Source: Heptranchias perlo (taxonomy: Eukaryota). From it: a DNA stretch of 64,000 nucleotides. A program made the position numbers and the translations under genes. The notes below the pieces were generated by a model that worked only from the letters and a program-made list of their open reading frames with translations, ran no database searches and was not told the origin of the DNA. The stretch lies in contig NC_090340.1 of the NCBI RefSeq assembly GCF_035084215.1, positions 36,952,001 to 37,016,000 of the forward strand. Reading direction: 5' to 3'. Shown here piece after piece: positions 13,301 to 28,300 of this stretch (position 1 is its first letter; each line of letters starts with the position of its first letter).

Positions 13301-16300
13301 TTAGATAAGGAGACCAAAACCGTACGCAGTACTCCAGGTGAGGTCTCACCAAAGCCCTGTACAATTGCAGTAAAACTTCCTTACTCTTGTACTCCAACCC
13401 ATTTGCAATGAAGGTCAACATGTCATTTGCTTTCCTAATTGCCTGCTGTACCTGCATGCTATCCTTTTGTATTTCTTGTACAAGGACACCCAAGTCTCTC
13501 TGAACACCAACATTTACTAGTTTCTCACCATTTAAAAAATATTCTGTTTTTCTATTCTTCCTACTAAAGTGAATCACCTCACATCCCCACATTATGCTCC
13601 ATCTGCCACCTTCTTGCCCACTCATTTAACCTGTCTGTATCCCTTTCAGACTCTTTGTGACCTCCTCACAGCTTACCTTCCCACCTAGCTTTGTATAGTC
13701 AGCAAACTCGGTCCCTTCATATAAGTCATTAATATAGATTATAAATGGTTAATGGTTGGAAAGACGATCTGGAATGCACTGCTCGAGGGAGTAGTGGAGG
13801 CAGATTCAATCATGGCCTTCAAAAGGGAACTGGATAAGTACTTGAAACGAAAAAATGTGCTGGGCTACGGGGATAGGGCGGGGCAGTGGGACTAGCTGGA
13901 TTGCTCATGCATAGAGCCGGCGCGGACTCGATGGGCTGAATAGCCTCCTTCCGTGCTGTAACCTTCTATGATTCTATGATTCTAAAAAGCTGAGGCCCAA
14001 GAACCAATCCTTGCGGCACTCTACTAGTTACAGCCTGCCAACCTGAAAATGACCCGTTTATCCCTACTCTCTGTTTTCTGTCCATTAACCAATCCTCTAT
14101 CCATGCTAATATGTTACCCCCAACCCCATGAGCCATTATAAGAGGAAAAGAGGAGAGAAATTTGGTGGAAAAAAGAGAAAAGTGAAAGATGCTTACTTCT
14201 CACACTAGTAGTTATGGCCCTGAAACTCCGTGGGGTTCTCCTGATTTTCCTGTTGTAACTTTGGCGGGAGATTGGTGGAACCCTCGGAGAAATGGCATAA
14301 ATGGCCATTTTTAGTCATTTACACATTTTTCCAGGGGTTCCACCAACTTCCTGCTAGAGAACCCTGCAGAAATTCCAGGCTTGTGTTTTTAAACCCCTAA
14401 GGCAGCTGATGTGGTTAATGACCAACATTCAGCACACTCCTTACATTACTCAGCAGTGGAGCCACCAAAGGACTTCACTCAAAAAGAACAGACATTCCTA
14501 CTTCATCCACTTAGATAGCGCCTTTTAGCAGCATTAGCTTCGGATAACAAAGACAATTCCATTGCCCATTCACTATAACAAATGGGTAAAATAAACAGTA
14601 ACTTTCAATATCGTTGTCCTAGTAGCTGCTCTGCTAAGTGCATAATTTAACCTACTAAACAGAGAAAACAATTAGCAAATTAGTACTTCAAACCATGATA
14701 TAAAGTCTCCAGGCTAAAATAATATGGCAGGTTGTAAAATTATGCGACAGTTGAGAAAACTACAAGCCACAGTTATTTTCGCTGTAATCACCATCTTAGT
14801 AGCTACAAAATCAGACATCTTTAAACAGCTTCATTGGATGATTGGTAATGTTTGATTTTAAATGTTTTCATACCATTCTTATCAGGTGCTTGTGACAATA
14901 CTGCATATTTTCCACCACAAGTGAAACGCAAAGACTGGGCAATATATGCTATTGAAGACGGTCGTCGTACTGTGGCTAATTACATCAGTCCAAATATACT
15001 GCCGCTCTTAAACCTTTTATTGGAGAAGAAAATAATCTCTGAAGATGACCACAATATAGTAAAAGATAAACCAGACGTTGATAAAGGGCGAACTCTTCTC
15101 GATATGCTGAGTTACAGAGGTCAGCAGGCATGTGCTCATTTTTTCAATGTGCTGCAAGATACAGAAGACCTTTATCCTGGTATAAAGGAGTATGTAAAAT
15201 CACTGCTGGAATCCTACACTGACAAAGGTGACAGGCCAATTATTGATCTTCTCCATGAAGACCTGCCAACTGTTTCATTTGAGGTCAACAATGAAAAAAT
15301 CAAAATAACTAATTTCCCTGAAGGTAAGCATGATTTGTCAAAGGTAATGTCTTACATGCTAATAATGAATAGGCATCTCCATGTTTAAGCTTCCAATATC
15401 ATCAATAGTTTGGACCTATTTGTTTGGAAGTTGCTTAATACCGATGGATGGAAACACAATTTAAACCTTATTACAGATAAAGTATCAAAGAACTCTATAA
15501 TGATGTAGACATGGTTTATCCTAATGTTTCAGTTTCCTTATTTGACCGAGGGGAGTACACGTTGTTGGGTCTGCATTGATCATGCTTGGTTTGAAACCTT
15601 CACATAAACGGGACAATTTTCATCCCCATTTTCAGACAGGGCAGCTGCAGCAGGAGGCCTCCGACATCAGTCTGCAGCCACAACTGTTCACATGCAACTC
15701 ATTGAACATCGCTTCTCCTAAACTACTCCCTTCCCTATACCCCCCACCACTCCCTCCACTTCCTGTCCAGATCACCATCTGAACCAGGTCATCCACTTGC
15801 CAATAAAGAACTTCCACCCCACTGATCATCATTGACATATATGCCACCTAATTTTGCCGAATCCACGGCTATAACTGAAACACTCTGCAGACACCATTGG
15901 TTTAGCTTCTTAGGAAGTTTTAGCTGGTTTAAGTAGCCTTCCTCAGGAATTTCTGGATTGGGTTAGATGGAAGCCATGACAGTATAGTTGTGCATTGTAC
16001 ATCGGAAGGAATAAGCTCATTGGGCAAAGGGCCTTTCCTCATTCCATGGTTTCTTATGTTTTCTACTCAATGCAACAACCCACTTTCTGTGTTGCGGAGG
16101 AGTTACATCAGTGTATATGTCCCATGGTGTTCAATTCACATTGCATTGGCATTGGCACTGGCACATGGCATTGTTATTTCATTTTTATTGATTAAAAAGC
16201 TATTTTAAAGAACAATTTATACATCAGATTTTGCAGAAAGTATATTAAAAATATTGCATCCAAAATGATATCCAAGAGATTAGGAAGAGATTAGATTTTA

Positions 16301-19300
16301 ATTTGGGAACCTTGCCTGCACCACGACTCCTTCCTCAGAGTGTTCCTAGGAATTTGGATGAAGTGGGAATTTTCATTTTCTTGAAATCAAAGCAATGAGA
16401 CCGAGGAGAGCAGATTTATGATGAATGATATGTGAACTATGATGCAAGGTGAAAGTAATCACATTGTTTTATGTATAATTTTTTTTACCCATCCATAACA
16501 ATTCATATTTGCTACATTCAGGACATGTCTAGAGTTGGGGAATTTTTGTGTCACTGTACCGATGATCACACAAATACAGGTTGTATATTGAAGATAATTT
16601 GTGACAGTCAAGTATCCAAACACTCCTGCTAACTGATTTTAATAATAGACTCTATCTACTATGTAAGTGGAATGGAGTAGATTATAGTTTGAACTGGCTT
16701 ACTGGGTAACTTTATATCTTTCTACAAGAAATATTTCAGTTCTTAAAATGAATTACATTTATCATCCAATTTATCAAATGTCTTGCATTCCTTTATATAG
16801 AATGAAACCTCCATTACCTAGGTTCCAATTATTTGCTTTTCATATTAGCCTTAATTCTTGTAGGACAAAGCCTTGTAGCAGGCGTCGTCCTATTGCACTG
16901 GCCACTAACACCAATCTCCTTGGTTCAACATAAATCAACCTCATAAACCAAAAAAAGATTAAATTCATTTTCTGTGATTTATATTGTACTTGTCTTCATT
17001 CTGTGTCCTTTGTATTACTGTACCATATGTGCAACGACCAAAATTTGGAGAAACATGGGTATGTGCCAACTTCTATTATTCACTGAAAAGGCCCCATTCA
17101 TTATGGTGGATAATGGAGGCTCCACAGGAGGTCATTATTTTTCTCTTGTAATTACAGAAATCTCTGAAGCAGTGACTACACATAAGCACACATTAAAGGC
17201 ACAGATGGAGAGAATAAAACCATACTTTGCATTTGATAACTCCAGACCATTGCTGCAGGAACATTTTACCAGCCTGGTCATTCTCAATGTTCGAGAAAGG
17301 AACAAAACAGAACATGAACTCCTGCAACACAGAGATTATACAGCATGTGAGCGTATAGATTTGAAGCAGCTTCTTTCACCATCTGCACCTGGGGAAAAGC
17401 CACCACGAGTCACTCTAGTGCAAGGAGTGGCAGGTATAGGCAAAAGTGTTATGATGCAGAAGCTCGCTCATAGTTGGACCTGTGGAACAAGTTATGCTGG
17501 TTTTTATATGCTGCTGTATTTCAGTTTTCGGGAGTTAAACACACTTAACGGAAAAATCAGTCTGACTGAGCTCATCATACGTAGTTACCCTCATCTGAGA
17601 GCATCATGCAATAAGATGCTGGAATTTCCGAGTGGGATCCTGTTCTTATTTGATGGATTAGATGAATTCAGACTGCCTCTTGAATTTGATGTTCATTCAA
17701 TTGTTGGCCCGTCCACTGCTCAGCACATTAACCATTTGATTGTAAGTATCATAAAGGGAGATCTTGTTCGTGAGGCATCTGTTCTTATCACATCCCGCCC
17801 AACCACAATTGATTTAGAGCACAAAACATATTTTCATCGATGTGCTGAAATCTTAGGATTTTCCAAAAAAGAAATTGCTGCATACTTTCTGAAGTGCCTC
17901 AAGGACAAAAAAGTTGCTGATCATGTCTTTCGAACCGTGAAGAGTATTGATTCCTTGTATGGACTTTGCTATGTTCCTGCATTTTGTGACATCCTGTGCT
18001 TCTACCTCCATAAATCCTTTCACTCTAAAGGCAAGTGGTCTCAGCTGTCTTCCTTTCCCAGGACAATCACAGATTTGTTCCTCAGATTCACCAAGTGTTT
18101 ACTGGTCTGTAACAATGATGAGGAAGAAGACCCTGAGTCCTTCTGTATAGGAGATGATGAAGACAAAAATGAAATAATTACATTGGCACAACTTGCATGG
18201 CATGGGGTCATCAATAAAACAATAATATTTTCAGCAAATGACATTGAAAGCAACGTCTCCAAGGATACAAAATCCTTCTGGAAGAAGATTCTCACCAAAG
18301 AGAGCCTGAAAATGATGCAATCTCACATATGGCAGTTTTTTCATCTGACTCACCAGGAATTTTTTGCAGCACTCTATTGCATTTCTGCAAATGAGCCTGG
18401 TGTGGATTATGTGCACAAAGCCTTCAGTTCAAAGAGCAGTGCATTTGAGATTGTACTGAGGTTCACTGCTGGCCTAGTCTCTCAGAGCAACAGAAAACTT
18501 GTGCAGCAGTTGGTGCCTGAACATCATCAAGTTAAAGAAAAGGAAGTCTTTGCTTCCATCGAAAATGTTGCTGCTGTTGAAGTTCCAAAAGAAGACACGT
18601 TAACTCCAGAAAATATTACAAAATATACAGCACACAAAAGACAAAAACTAACAGCCTTTCATTGTCTATATGAAGCGTCAAATGAAAAATTAACACAACT
18701 AGTTGCCTCCCAAATCAGTGACGTTGTAAACTTTTCTTACATCTCTTTGAATGTGACTGACTGCACTGCAGTTGCAAACCTTCTTTCTTACCATACAGCT
18801 ATTGAAACGTTGGAATTAGATGGGTGCAAAGCTGGAGCATCTGGTTTCCAAAGATTGGAGTCTGTTCTCTCAAGAGTCAAAACATTGAGGTATTAAAATG
18901 TGGTTTCTGTTACATGAACTAGAAGTACTAGAAATGTGCTGGAATTCCGGTGATTCAGCCATTGTGGGGGGAGAAAATTGGATAGGGGCCGTTTTTGGGC
19001 GTAGATAGTGTGATGTGCTATCACCCCGCGCCCAATGACCCCAGCGCAGGCAGGACCCAAGTTTCGGCCCACACAAGGACTTACCTGCAATCAGTGTTCC
19101 ATTCCAGGCCTTGCGCGTGGAATCAATGCAATTTGCACTTTCCACCACTAGGGGGAGCGCAATCTCTTAAAGGGAGGATGTTTCTTAGAAATCTCTTAAA
19201 GGTAGCTGGTACCTGTTATTTGCTGAAAATAACAGTCTACTGTCTGCACGGAGTCTGAACGGAGATCAGACATCGCACACGTAAAATACAGATGCAGGTC

Positions 19301-22300
19301 CCATCCCTATGTTTACACACTGATGAGTTATGTCAAAACATTAAATAAAGGTTGTGCACTACTATATCCTCCATTCTGCACGCAAGGCCTCACCGATCTG
19401 CCGATCTGAGTTGGCACCAGGCCTGCGAGAGTGCATGCACCAAGGTTCCCTGCTGATGCACTAGAGACTTTGGTGCAAGAGGTGGACAGAAGGAGGGACA
19501 TCCTATATCCGCGGTGGGGGGAGGGGGGGAGGGCAAGACACCATCTTGGATGACAGAGAGGCCGAGTTGCGCCAAAACAATGGGTGCTACACGGCCCAAT
19601 TTAGTGCCCATCGTCTTTTAAAGATAAATCTGCTAAATTCTTTTTAATGAAAATACGTTTAATATTATATGTATAAATAACCAGACAGATGAGTCTCACA
19701 CCTTACATTTAGATTATAGTGTAAATAATATTCACACTTGGCCAGAGTAAATATTAAGGATGCTTTTTGGCTTTCAAATTGAATTGTTTTGTAATTGATC
19801 CATTTATACTGCAACTAATGTTTTCAAATCTTTTCTTAACAATTCGCATTAAAATATATTTTATATTGAACTTTGATTAAAACATTGAACATGAAAATAT
19901 TAATATTTGATTACTGTATTAAATTAATTTGTGATTAATCATAGCATTAAAGGAAAATGGTCCTACACACATGCGAGCAGGCCACATAAACGCCTTTAAA
20001 TTAAAATGCTTATACAGGTGTTATAGGACTTGTAGCAATTGGTTATGGTAAATAACAAGTTTGGGTCTTGCCTTAGATATTTCCCAGGTACAATGGTGCT
20101 GGTCACTCAATATAATTAAAAAATAAAAGCTAAGAAAACTCTCCCCATGTTGAAGAATATTTAAGCCCTAAAATTCTACAGGAGTATTACCAGTCTTCCA
20201 CTGTATATCTAGTGGGAGACCAGTGGAGTCCCTAGAAAAATGACAAAACTGCCTACTTCCACCTCTATCTCAGACCATCTGCCTCTAATACCCTCATCCA
20301 TGCTGATGTCGTCTCTAGATTCGACTATTCCAATGTTCTCCCATCTTTCATCATTCATTAAACTTCAGCTCAACAAAACTCTGCTGCCTATATCCTAACC
20401 TGCACCAAGTCCTGCTGACCCGTCACGTCTGTCCTCACTAACCTACATGGGCTCCTAGTCCCCCAGGGACTCAAATTTAAAATTCTCATCCTTATGTTTA
20501 AATCCATCCATAGCCTCACCCTTCCCAATTTCTGTAACTAACAACACAACAACAACTTGCATTTATATAGCGCCTTTAATGGAGTAAAATGTCTCAAGGT
20601 GCTTCACACGAGCATTATCAAACAAAATTTGACACTGAGTCACATACAGAGATATTAGGGCAGGTGACCAAAAGCTTGGTCAAAGAGGTAGGTTTTAAGG
20701 AGCATCATGGAGGAGGAGAGAGAGGTAGAGAGGCAGAGAGGTTTAGGGAGGGAATTCCAGAGCTTAGGAGCTAGGCAGTTGAAGGCACGGCCGCCAATGG
20801 TGGAGCGATTAAAATTGGGAATGCGCAAGAGGCAAGAATTGGAGGAGCGCAGAGATCTCGGAGGGTTGTAGGGCTGGAGGAGGTTACAGAGATAGGGAGG
20901 GGTGAGGCCATGAAGGGATTTGAAAATAAGGATGAGAATGTTAAAATCGAGGCGTTGCCAGACTGGGAGCCAATGTAGGTCAGCGAGCACAGGGGTGATG
21001 AGGGAACGAGACTTGGTGCGAATTAGGATACGGGCAGCAGAATTTTGGATGAGCTCAAGTTTATGAAAGGAAGATGGGAGGCCAGCCAGGAGAGCATTGG
21101 AATAGCCAAATCTAGAGGTAACAAAGGCATGAATGAGGGCTTCAGCAGTGGGTGAGGTGAGGCAGCGGGTGGATGAGCGATGTTACGGAGGTGGAAGTAG
21201 GCGGTCTTGGTGGTGGAGCAGATAAGTGGTCGGAAGCTCATCTTAGGGTCAAATAGGACACACGGTTGCAAACGGTCTGGTTTAGTCTCAGACGGTGGCT
21301 ATGGAAAAGGATGGAGTCGATGGCTAGGGATTGGAGTTTGTGGCGGATACCAAAGACAATGGCTTCGGTCTTCCCGATATTTAGCTGGAGGAAATTTTTG
21401 CTCATCCAGTATTTGATGTCAGACAAGCAGTGTGACAAATGAGAGACAGTGGAGGGGTTGGGAGAGGTGGTGGTGAGGTAGAGCTGGGTGTCGTCAACGT
21501 ACTTGTGGAATCTGACATTTTGTTTTCGGATGATGTCACCGAGGAGCAGCATGTAGATAAGAAATAGGAGTGGACTAAGCATAGATCCTTGGGGGACTCC
21601 AGAGGGAGCAGGAAGAGAAGCCATTGCAGGTGATTCTCTGGCTATGGCTAGTTAGTTAAGAATGGAACTAGGCGAGCGCAGTCCCACCCAGCTGGAAGAG
21701 AGGCATTGGAGGAGGAGGTCAACCGTGTCAAAGGGTGCAGATAGGTCGAGATGGATGAGGAGAGATAGTTTACCATGGTCACAGTCACATAGGATGTCAA
21801 TTGTGACTTTGATAAGGGCCGTTTCAGTACTGTGGCAGGGGTGGAAACCTGATTAGTGGAATTCAAACATGGAGTTGGGGGAAAGATGGGCATGGATTTG
21901 GCAGGGGACAACACGTTCAAGGACTTTGGAGAGGAAAGGTAGGTTCGAGATGGAATGGTAGTTTGCAAGGGCAGAGGGGTCAACGGTGGGTTTTTTGAAG
22001 GGGGGGGTGATGACCTCCTACAACTCCGCCTGAAAACTCCATTCTTCTGCCTCTAAATTCTTGTGCATTTCCCTATCCCTTCACCCCACCTCGGCCTCCC
22101 CATGTTCTGGAATTCCCTTCCCTAAACCCCTCTGTCTGTCCAACTCCCTCTTCTCCTAAAAAACCACCTCTGATGTAGCTTTTGGTCAGCCCTCTAATAC
22201 CTCCTTCTTTGGTCAGGCATCTAGTTTTCTCTTACGCCTCTGTTAAGTGCCTTTGAACATTTTTCTACATTAAAGCCGCGATATAATTGCAAGTTGTTGT

Positions 22301-25300
22301 TGTTAAATGTGAATAAGAGACAGGAAGAAAGTAATTACACTGTTTAGTATGTGGGAAAATGCTAGCAGAGCTTAAATAGAATAATTATAGTTCAGTGAAT
22401 TAATACTTCATTGGTTCAAAAATACATTCTGCATTCACAGAGTCAGAGCTAAAGAAAAGATAATTATTGTTTTATTTTTATTCAACAGTTTGGAGGGAAA
22501 CATGCTGGAGGACGAAGGAGCAGAGTCCATTGCCAATGCACTCAAAAGTAAAATGTGTAGAATAGAAATCTTAAGGTAAAATTTCCACTTTTATGCACCA
22601 AATTGAAAAAGATTGTTTTTATTTTAATTAAAAGGGCATAATAGTAAAATTAAAGGTAAAGCTTTGGTTCAATTAAAAAATGTAGAGAAAAAATGAAGGC
22701 TAATTTAAAAAATACATTTGTTAGGATTTAAAATCTCAGCATAAGAGTGACAGTCATTAGTGCATTATGAGATCCTTCCCACAACTGTTACCTCATAACA
22801 GTGTGTGATTTTAGATTCATAACTTTTGTTCTCATTATAAACTTGGCTATTATATCCTTCAGAGTCCCTTTTAAAGATCAAACTGTTAAAAAAATTATGA
22901 TTTAATATCAATTTTCTGTCTATTAGTAATTTTTTGGACTATTTGATTTAAATACTGAATGCTGATGACATCATGCAAATTGGAAGGACTCATTAAAGTT
23001 AATGATGCAACAGATGTGAATTTTCAGAAATATGGTATTCATATATATAACAAATATAGCAAAAATATGTTTGTGATTGTAATATCATTTTAATTGTGTG
23101 TATATTATTTATGCTCCCACACATAGTATGACAATAGTAACTTTTCCAAGCCAGTTTCCTGACAGTATCATCAGCATTCACTGTTTAAAGAAGATAGTTT
23201 AAAAATCTATGAATATGCAAGAACAGGTTAATGAATTCCACAGGATGGCAAAGTCAATCAGGATTCTATGTAACTGATTTTGATGATAGTGGTGCAGGGT
23301 TATGTGAATTGTACAGTTGATTTTTGACATATTACATCATTTTATTTTTAGTTGGTTAAAATAGCAATCTTACTTATCAACATTAAAAAATTATTTGAAA
23401 TGTTATTTGAGCCATTGTACACCTGGTTCTACTGACAGGCAGAGTAATATACAAATTCTACAATAACGTACTGTGTGATAAACTCTGTTCATAGCACATG
23501 AAAATAACTTCCTGCTATTCAGTCTATGTTTTAAGAAACTGCATTTTAACATTTTTAATGCAGGAAAGATTTCCCTTCATGCTGATAACGAGGCTAATCA
23601 GGAATATTTCCAACTGAATTATCATTAAATTATATTCTACAATTGAGATGATGGACTATTGTGTTTGTATATAATATTTGGATATCACTAATTTGAACTC
23701 CAGACACAAGGTACAAATAATACAGTAACTGAATGCCTTCCGATCTTCACAGGTTGAAGCAAAACTCCATAGGGGAGAAAGGAGCAGCACAAATAGCTGA
23801 AGCTTTGAAAACAAACAGCAGTCTGAAAACATTGGGGTTTGTATTAAACCTGGTGAATTAGAACACTTGTCAAACTTTCAGGAGAATTTATGAATAAAAT
23901 GATTTAACTTCACTGCCGTTATGATGGCTGGGATGCTGTTAAGTTCTCTTGTTTTTAGCTAAATCACTTTGTCCTCATTAGATTAAGAGCAAATACCGTC
24001 CGAGCCAAAGGTGCCCGATCGATGGCTGAAGCTCTGGAGATCAACACAACATTGAGAGTTCTCGGGTATGTTTTTTTTTCTTTTTTGTGTAATACTTTGC
24101 CATATTACAGAATTTCAGGCCAGTGCTGTTTGTGGCTTGCTTTGAAAACTCCATAGTAGCTCCTCATGTTGACAAACAGAGGAACTCTCATTGCAACCAG
24201 TGTGTAATCTATGCTGCATTGTTAAAATTTTAACTTGTGTATTTTATTATTTGTGTTTTTAGTAAAAGTAAGATTTAAAAAAATTAGTATCACCCACATA
24301 TAATTAGAGACACAATTACATCATCAAATGACCAATGATAACATTGTGCCTTAGACCTATTTATAAGTATGGCCCAAAACTCCTTGGGAGATGTGCTGGG
24401 TCTCTGTCATTTCCTCAATACCTTGTTAGGGACAGAACTTCTGACAAAGCAAATGACAACCAAGGATGGTACCATTGATAGGCTTTCGCTAAGCTAGAAT
24501 TTTGGGGCCATGAAGCTTTACTGTGCCGACCATGCCTATTTAATACTCATAAGGACCCACTGGAAGCTCAACATATGGGCTATGTAAGAATATAAGAACA
24601 TACAAGAGCATGGAACAAGAAAAGCTGTTTGGGTCATCAAACCCATTCCTTCCACAGACCATGTACAGTTTTCTCTATCAAGGCCTCTACCTAATTCTAC
24701 TCAATTGAATTAATCTCTGAGGGAAGTTCCTATAAAGTTTCTGTGTCCCCACCCACAAAGGTAGTCAGGCGAAATCCAACCTTACAGCCTGCATTATTGG
24801 TTGGTTTGCAGGCCATGACAGTTTCATGGGCCCAATGGCACAGCAGGTGTCACTGGATCGAAATCTACAGAGAAAGCCTGGCTGATTTTCTTTTCCCCTC
24901 TTTCACCCATGGGCACTGAGGCCAACTGTAACACCTCTTCCACCACCTAAAGTCAAATCAGCTAACTTAGCACAGATTGAAGATTGAACCTGGGAACTTG
25001 CTGGTCTGTATGACTGAGCTCCACACTGCTCAATGTATTAATCAACTAAGTCATTTTGGAGCTAAAAGTACAGCTTTCATTATAGAAGAGTATTAACATA
25101 AGTGTCTTTGTCCTAATCCAGCTTACAATTTAACAAAATCAAGGATGAAGGGGCAATGTATATGGCACAAGCAGTAAAAAGAAATCGCAGCTTGGTTGAA
25201 TTAAGGTAAGGGTTTAAATCGAAACTCGCATATTAAAACTTTCTCTACTCCCACCTCCTCCCTTGCACACTTACTTCCATAAGAACTTTTGAGTTAAATT

Positions 25301-28300
25301 TTATAAACAGGTGTTAGTTGGATGGTACATTAGCACTTGCCTGACTGTGCCTGGCTGATTTTTTTTGAAGTGAGCTTCATTTACATAGTGTGAATACTCA
25401 ACCTGGCATTGGGAGCTATCCAGAGAGGAGCAGGAAATTGCATGTAAGCAGCCCTTCAGGGAAGCTTATAAGCTGTGATGGGTAAATTTAAAAGGATGCA
25501 GGCAATTGAAGTTAAGTGGCTGCACATGGAAGAAAAAAGTTCTAAGTAGGGATTAAATTATTTGCCAGGGTTGTGACTTCTATAGGTTCTCTTTTGCACC
25601 TCTCTTCTGCCCCCATGATACTATTGCTAGCTCTCCTTAAAAAAAAATAACCTTTTTGATTCACTTTTGTCCTCCATCTCTACTCTTGATGATCCTGGTA
25701 TAGAACCTCCCTCCATTGCTCCATTCTATTATCCCTGCCTGGTCTGTTGGATCTTCCACTCTCTGGACTCCTATATGACTTGTGATCCTGATGATATCTC
25801 TCCTATCTCCCTCAAGACATGTGCCTCTGAACTCACCCTTGTTCTTTGACATCTCCTCAATTTCTCTTACTCCCAGTTCACTTTTTCTTCTTGGAAATTT
25901 GCGTGTTCATCCTATTCCTCAAATAAACAATCACTTATCTTTTCAAGTACTATCCTCTTGCCCATACCTCTACTTTCTAAAGTTGTGTAAGCTGTTGTTC
26001 AATCGCAAATTATCCATCACCAGGCTAATCTTTGACATTATGGTTTTCAACATGACTTTGGACATCTCCAAAACATTAGACCAGGTGCACATCTAACTTA
26101 CCATCATATGACTTCTCACCAAAGCTAATTTTTGACTAGGTAGTTTCCTTTCAAATCATTCTATTTGCAAAAGTTGGTGGCTTATTGCCTGACTCTTTTT
26201 TCCCATTAACTCAGGGGTTCTCCGGAGCTCTATCCTCACTGATACTCAATTCCTTCTTCATGATCCTTACAATCATTATCCAACCATATCCACTCTTCAG
26301 CTGATGATTCCACTCTGTCATTCATCAACTTCCTTCAGGTTGCATGTCCTCAGTAATAAGAGCCCTCTTTTATCAACATTGTTAGTCTTACTATCTCCTC
26401 TGACCTCAAATGGAACACATCTTATCCATTGCTAAAGATGCCTCCATGAAGTTTGGTTTCCACTTTCACGCTAAACACTTGTTTTCCCCTCACAAATCCT
26501 AAACTCTCTTTAAAACCCAAGTCCACTTGAATACTATTCACATACCTGGGGAGGCTCTTCTCATTCCTTATCATCTGATAGGTGATCTATTACTCATCTC
26601 AAGCCTTTATCCTCTCTCTTTCTGTTGTGAATTTTTCTCTCTCTCTGTTTTATCAATACTATTCTGGTCAGTGCTTCTCTGAACTTTCTTTTCTTGTTCC
26701 TCCTAACCTCCAGATATGCTGTTCTTCATACTCTCCCCCTATTTACAACCTCATGGTGTTAAAATCAAGGCCCACTACATTCTCCTAATCTAACTCATTC
26801 TTTCACAGGACCATAGGGCTGTGGAGCTCCTTGCCTCCCTCTTTCTTTCCTTTTACTTACCATCTTCAGGCTTTTAAAATTCAAGTTTGGCATCGTCTAA
26901 TCATTACTTCCTGATTTACCTCAACACCCTTTTACTCTTCTCAACTTGGAAGTGTCCTACACTATGGACTTAGCCTTTCAAATTGGTTTCTCAATTTTTT
27001 TTAAATTTAATTTGTAAAGCAGATTTTAATGGCAGACAGCTCTTGCACTCAATCCCACAACTATCTTGGTTGGGAAATCACTGCTTTTATTGACAGCCTG
27101 TTGAATTACTAATGCAGCCATATGTGCATTGATTCCTATGTTTATAATCAAACTTAAATATCTCTTTCCAACATGTTTTAACATTGTTTACCTTGTGGAG
27201 TATCCTTAGTGAAGAAGTTTAATTAAGAGAGTTAATTACCAAATTATGAATAAGTTCTATGTTTCAAGCTTGATGCTTTAATCTTGGCCAAGACTATTAA
27301 AACTTCCATTTTCACTTTTATATAATTTTCAGTTAAACAATGGAAGTAATTGTTCATTATATGTTATGAAAATTGCTCCTTTAAAACAAAAGTGTTACAT
27401 TGTTTTGTGTGCAATATATATTCTGCGATTTGGATCCTTCATTTTTAAAGGATTTCATTTTGCACATTATCTGTGTGAACCTTGTTGGTAGCTGTGTAAT
27501 AAAATGGACAATGCTTGTTTACAGACTCGGAGACAATGATATCACTGAAAAGGGGAGTGATTTCTTCAGAAGTGCTTTAGAAGTGAATGGCACACTTGAA
27601 GAGTTGTGGTAAAAATGTTGCTTTAATTGTACCTGAGTTTGAAAAGTTGCTTATTAAGCCTCTTAGATAAGCCTACAGTTTCCCTCTGTGTCTCTCTTGG
27701 CATCCTCCGAAGGGCCCATCGAGGCACTCGTCGCTGTCTCCTTACGAGCAGCAACCCCAACTGCTCGATCCTACTCTTTCACCGACTTTCCCGCCCAGCG
27801 CATCCGCTGGGGGCTAACCTTGCCAATCCCCTTCCTGTCCCACTCACCCCTCCCAGCACTGACCCTGTGGACTCTGCAGCAGATCAGCTATCACCGCCCC
27901 TCTCCGCATCTCTCTCAGAATGTCCGTTCACTTTTGAATAAGGTCCTTGCCATCCATGAGCTTATTGTGGATGATCGCATTGACATCATGGCCTTGGCGC
28001 AAACCAGGCTGACAGGTGATAACACCTTCCGCCTTAATGAAGCCCTCTCGCCTGGCTGTACCTTCCACCACTTGCCCCGCACAGACCACCGCGGTGGTGG
28101 TGTGACCCTTATCACCAAATCACACTTTGGCCTGTCCCCCTACTCCTCTGGCACCTTTTCTTCCTTTGAGTATCTCACCTTGTTTTACCCCTCTCACCTC
28201 GCCTTTAAAATCCTCATTCTCTACCACCCACCCAATTACCACACCAAGTTTCTCACCAAGATATCTTCACTGCTTTCCTCCCTCAGCCTCTGCACCAAGT

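Larger units (their letters stand above)
5552..27150 (+). repeat. Segmental direct repeat, first copy (part with a counterpart inside the window)
   Basis: Sequence from 5552 (tgtggggtgggg) recurs from 42417. ORF pairs are offset by 36865/36863, drifting to about 36845. Confidence 0.97.

Noticed and set aside
16974-17157. Hydrophobic N-terminal 61 aa of the 640-aa ORF as a signal peptide or TM of a single-exon NACHT gene
   Set aside because: The ORF starts at GTG, a good acceptor lies at 17156-17157 in phase with the CARD exon, and the segment is best read as open intron.
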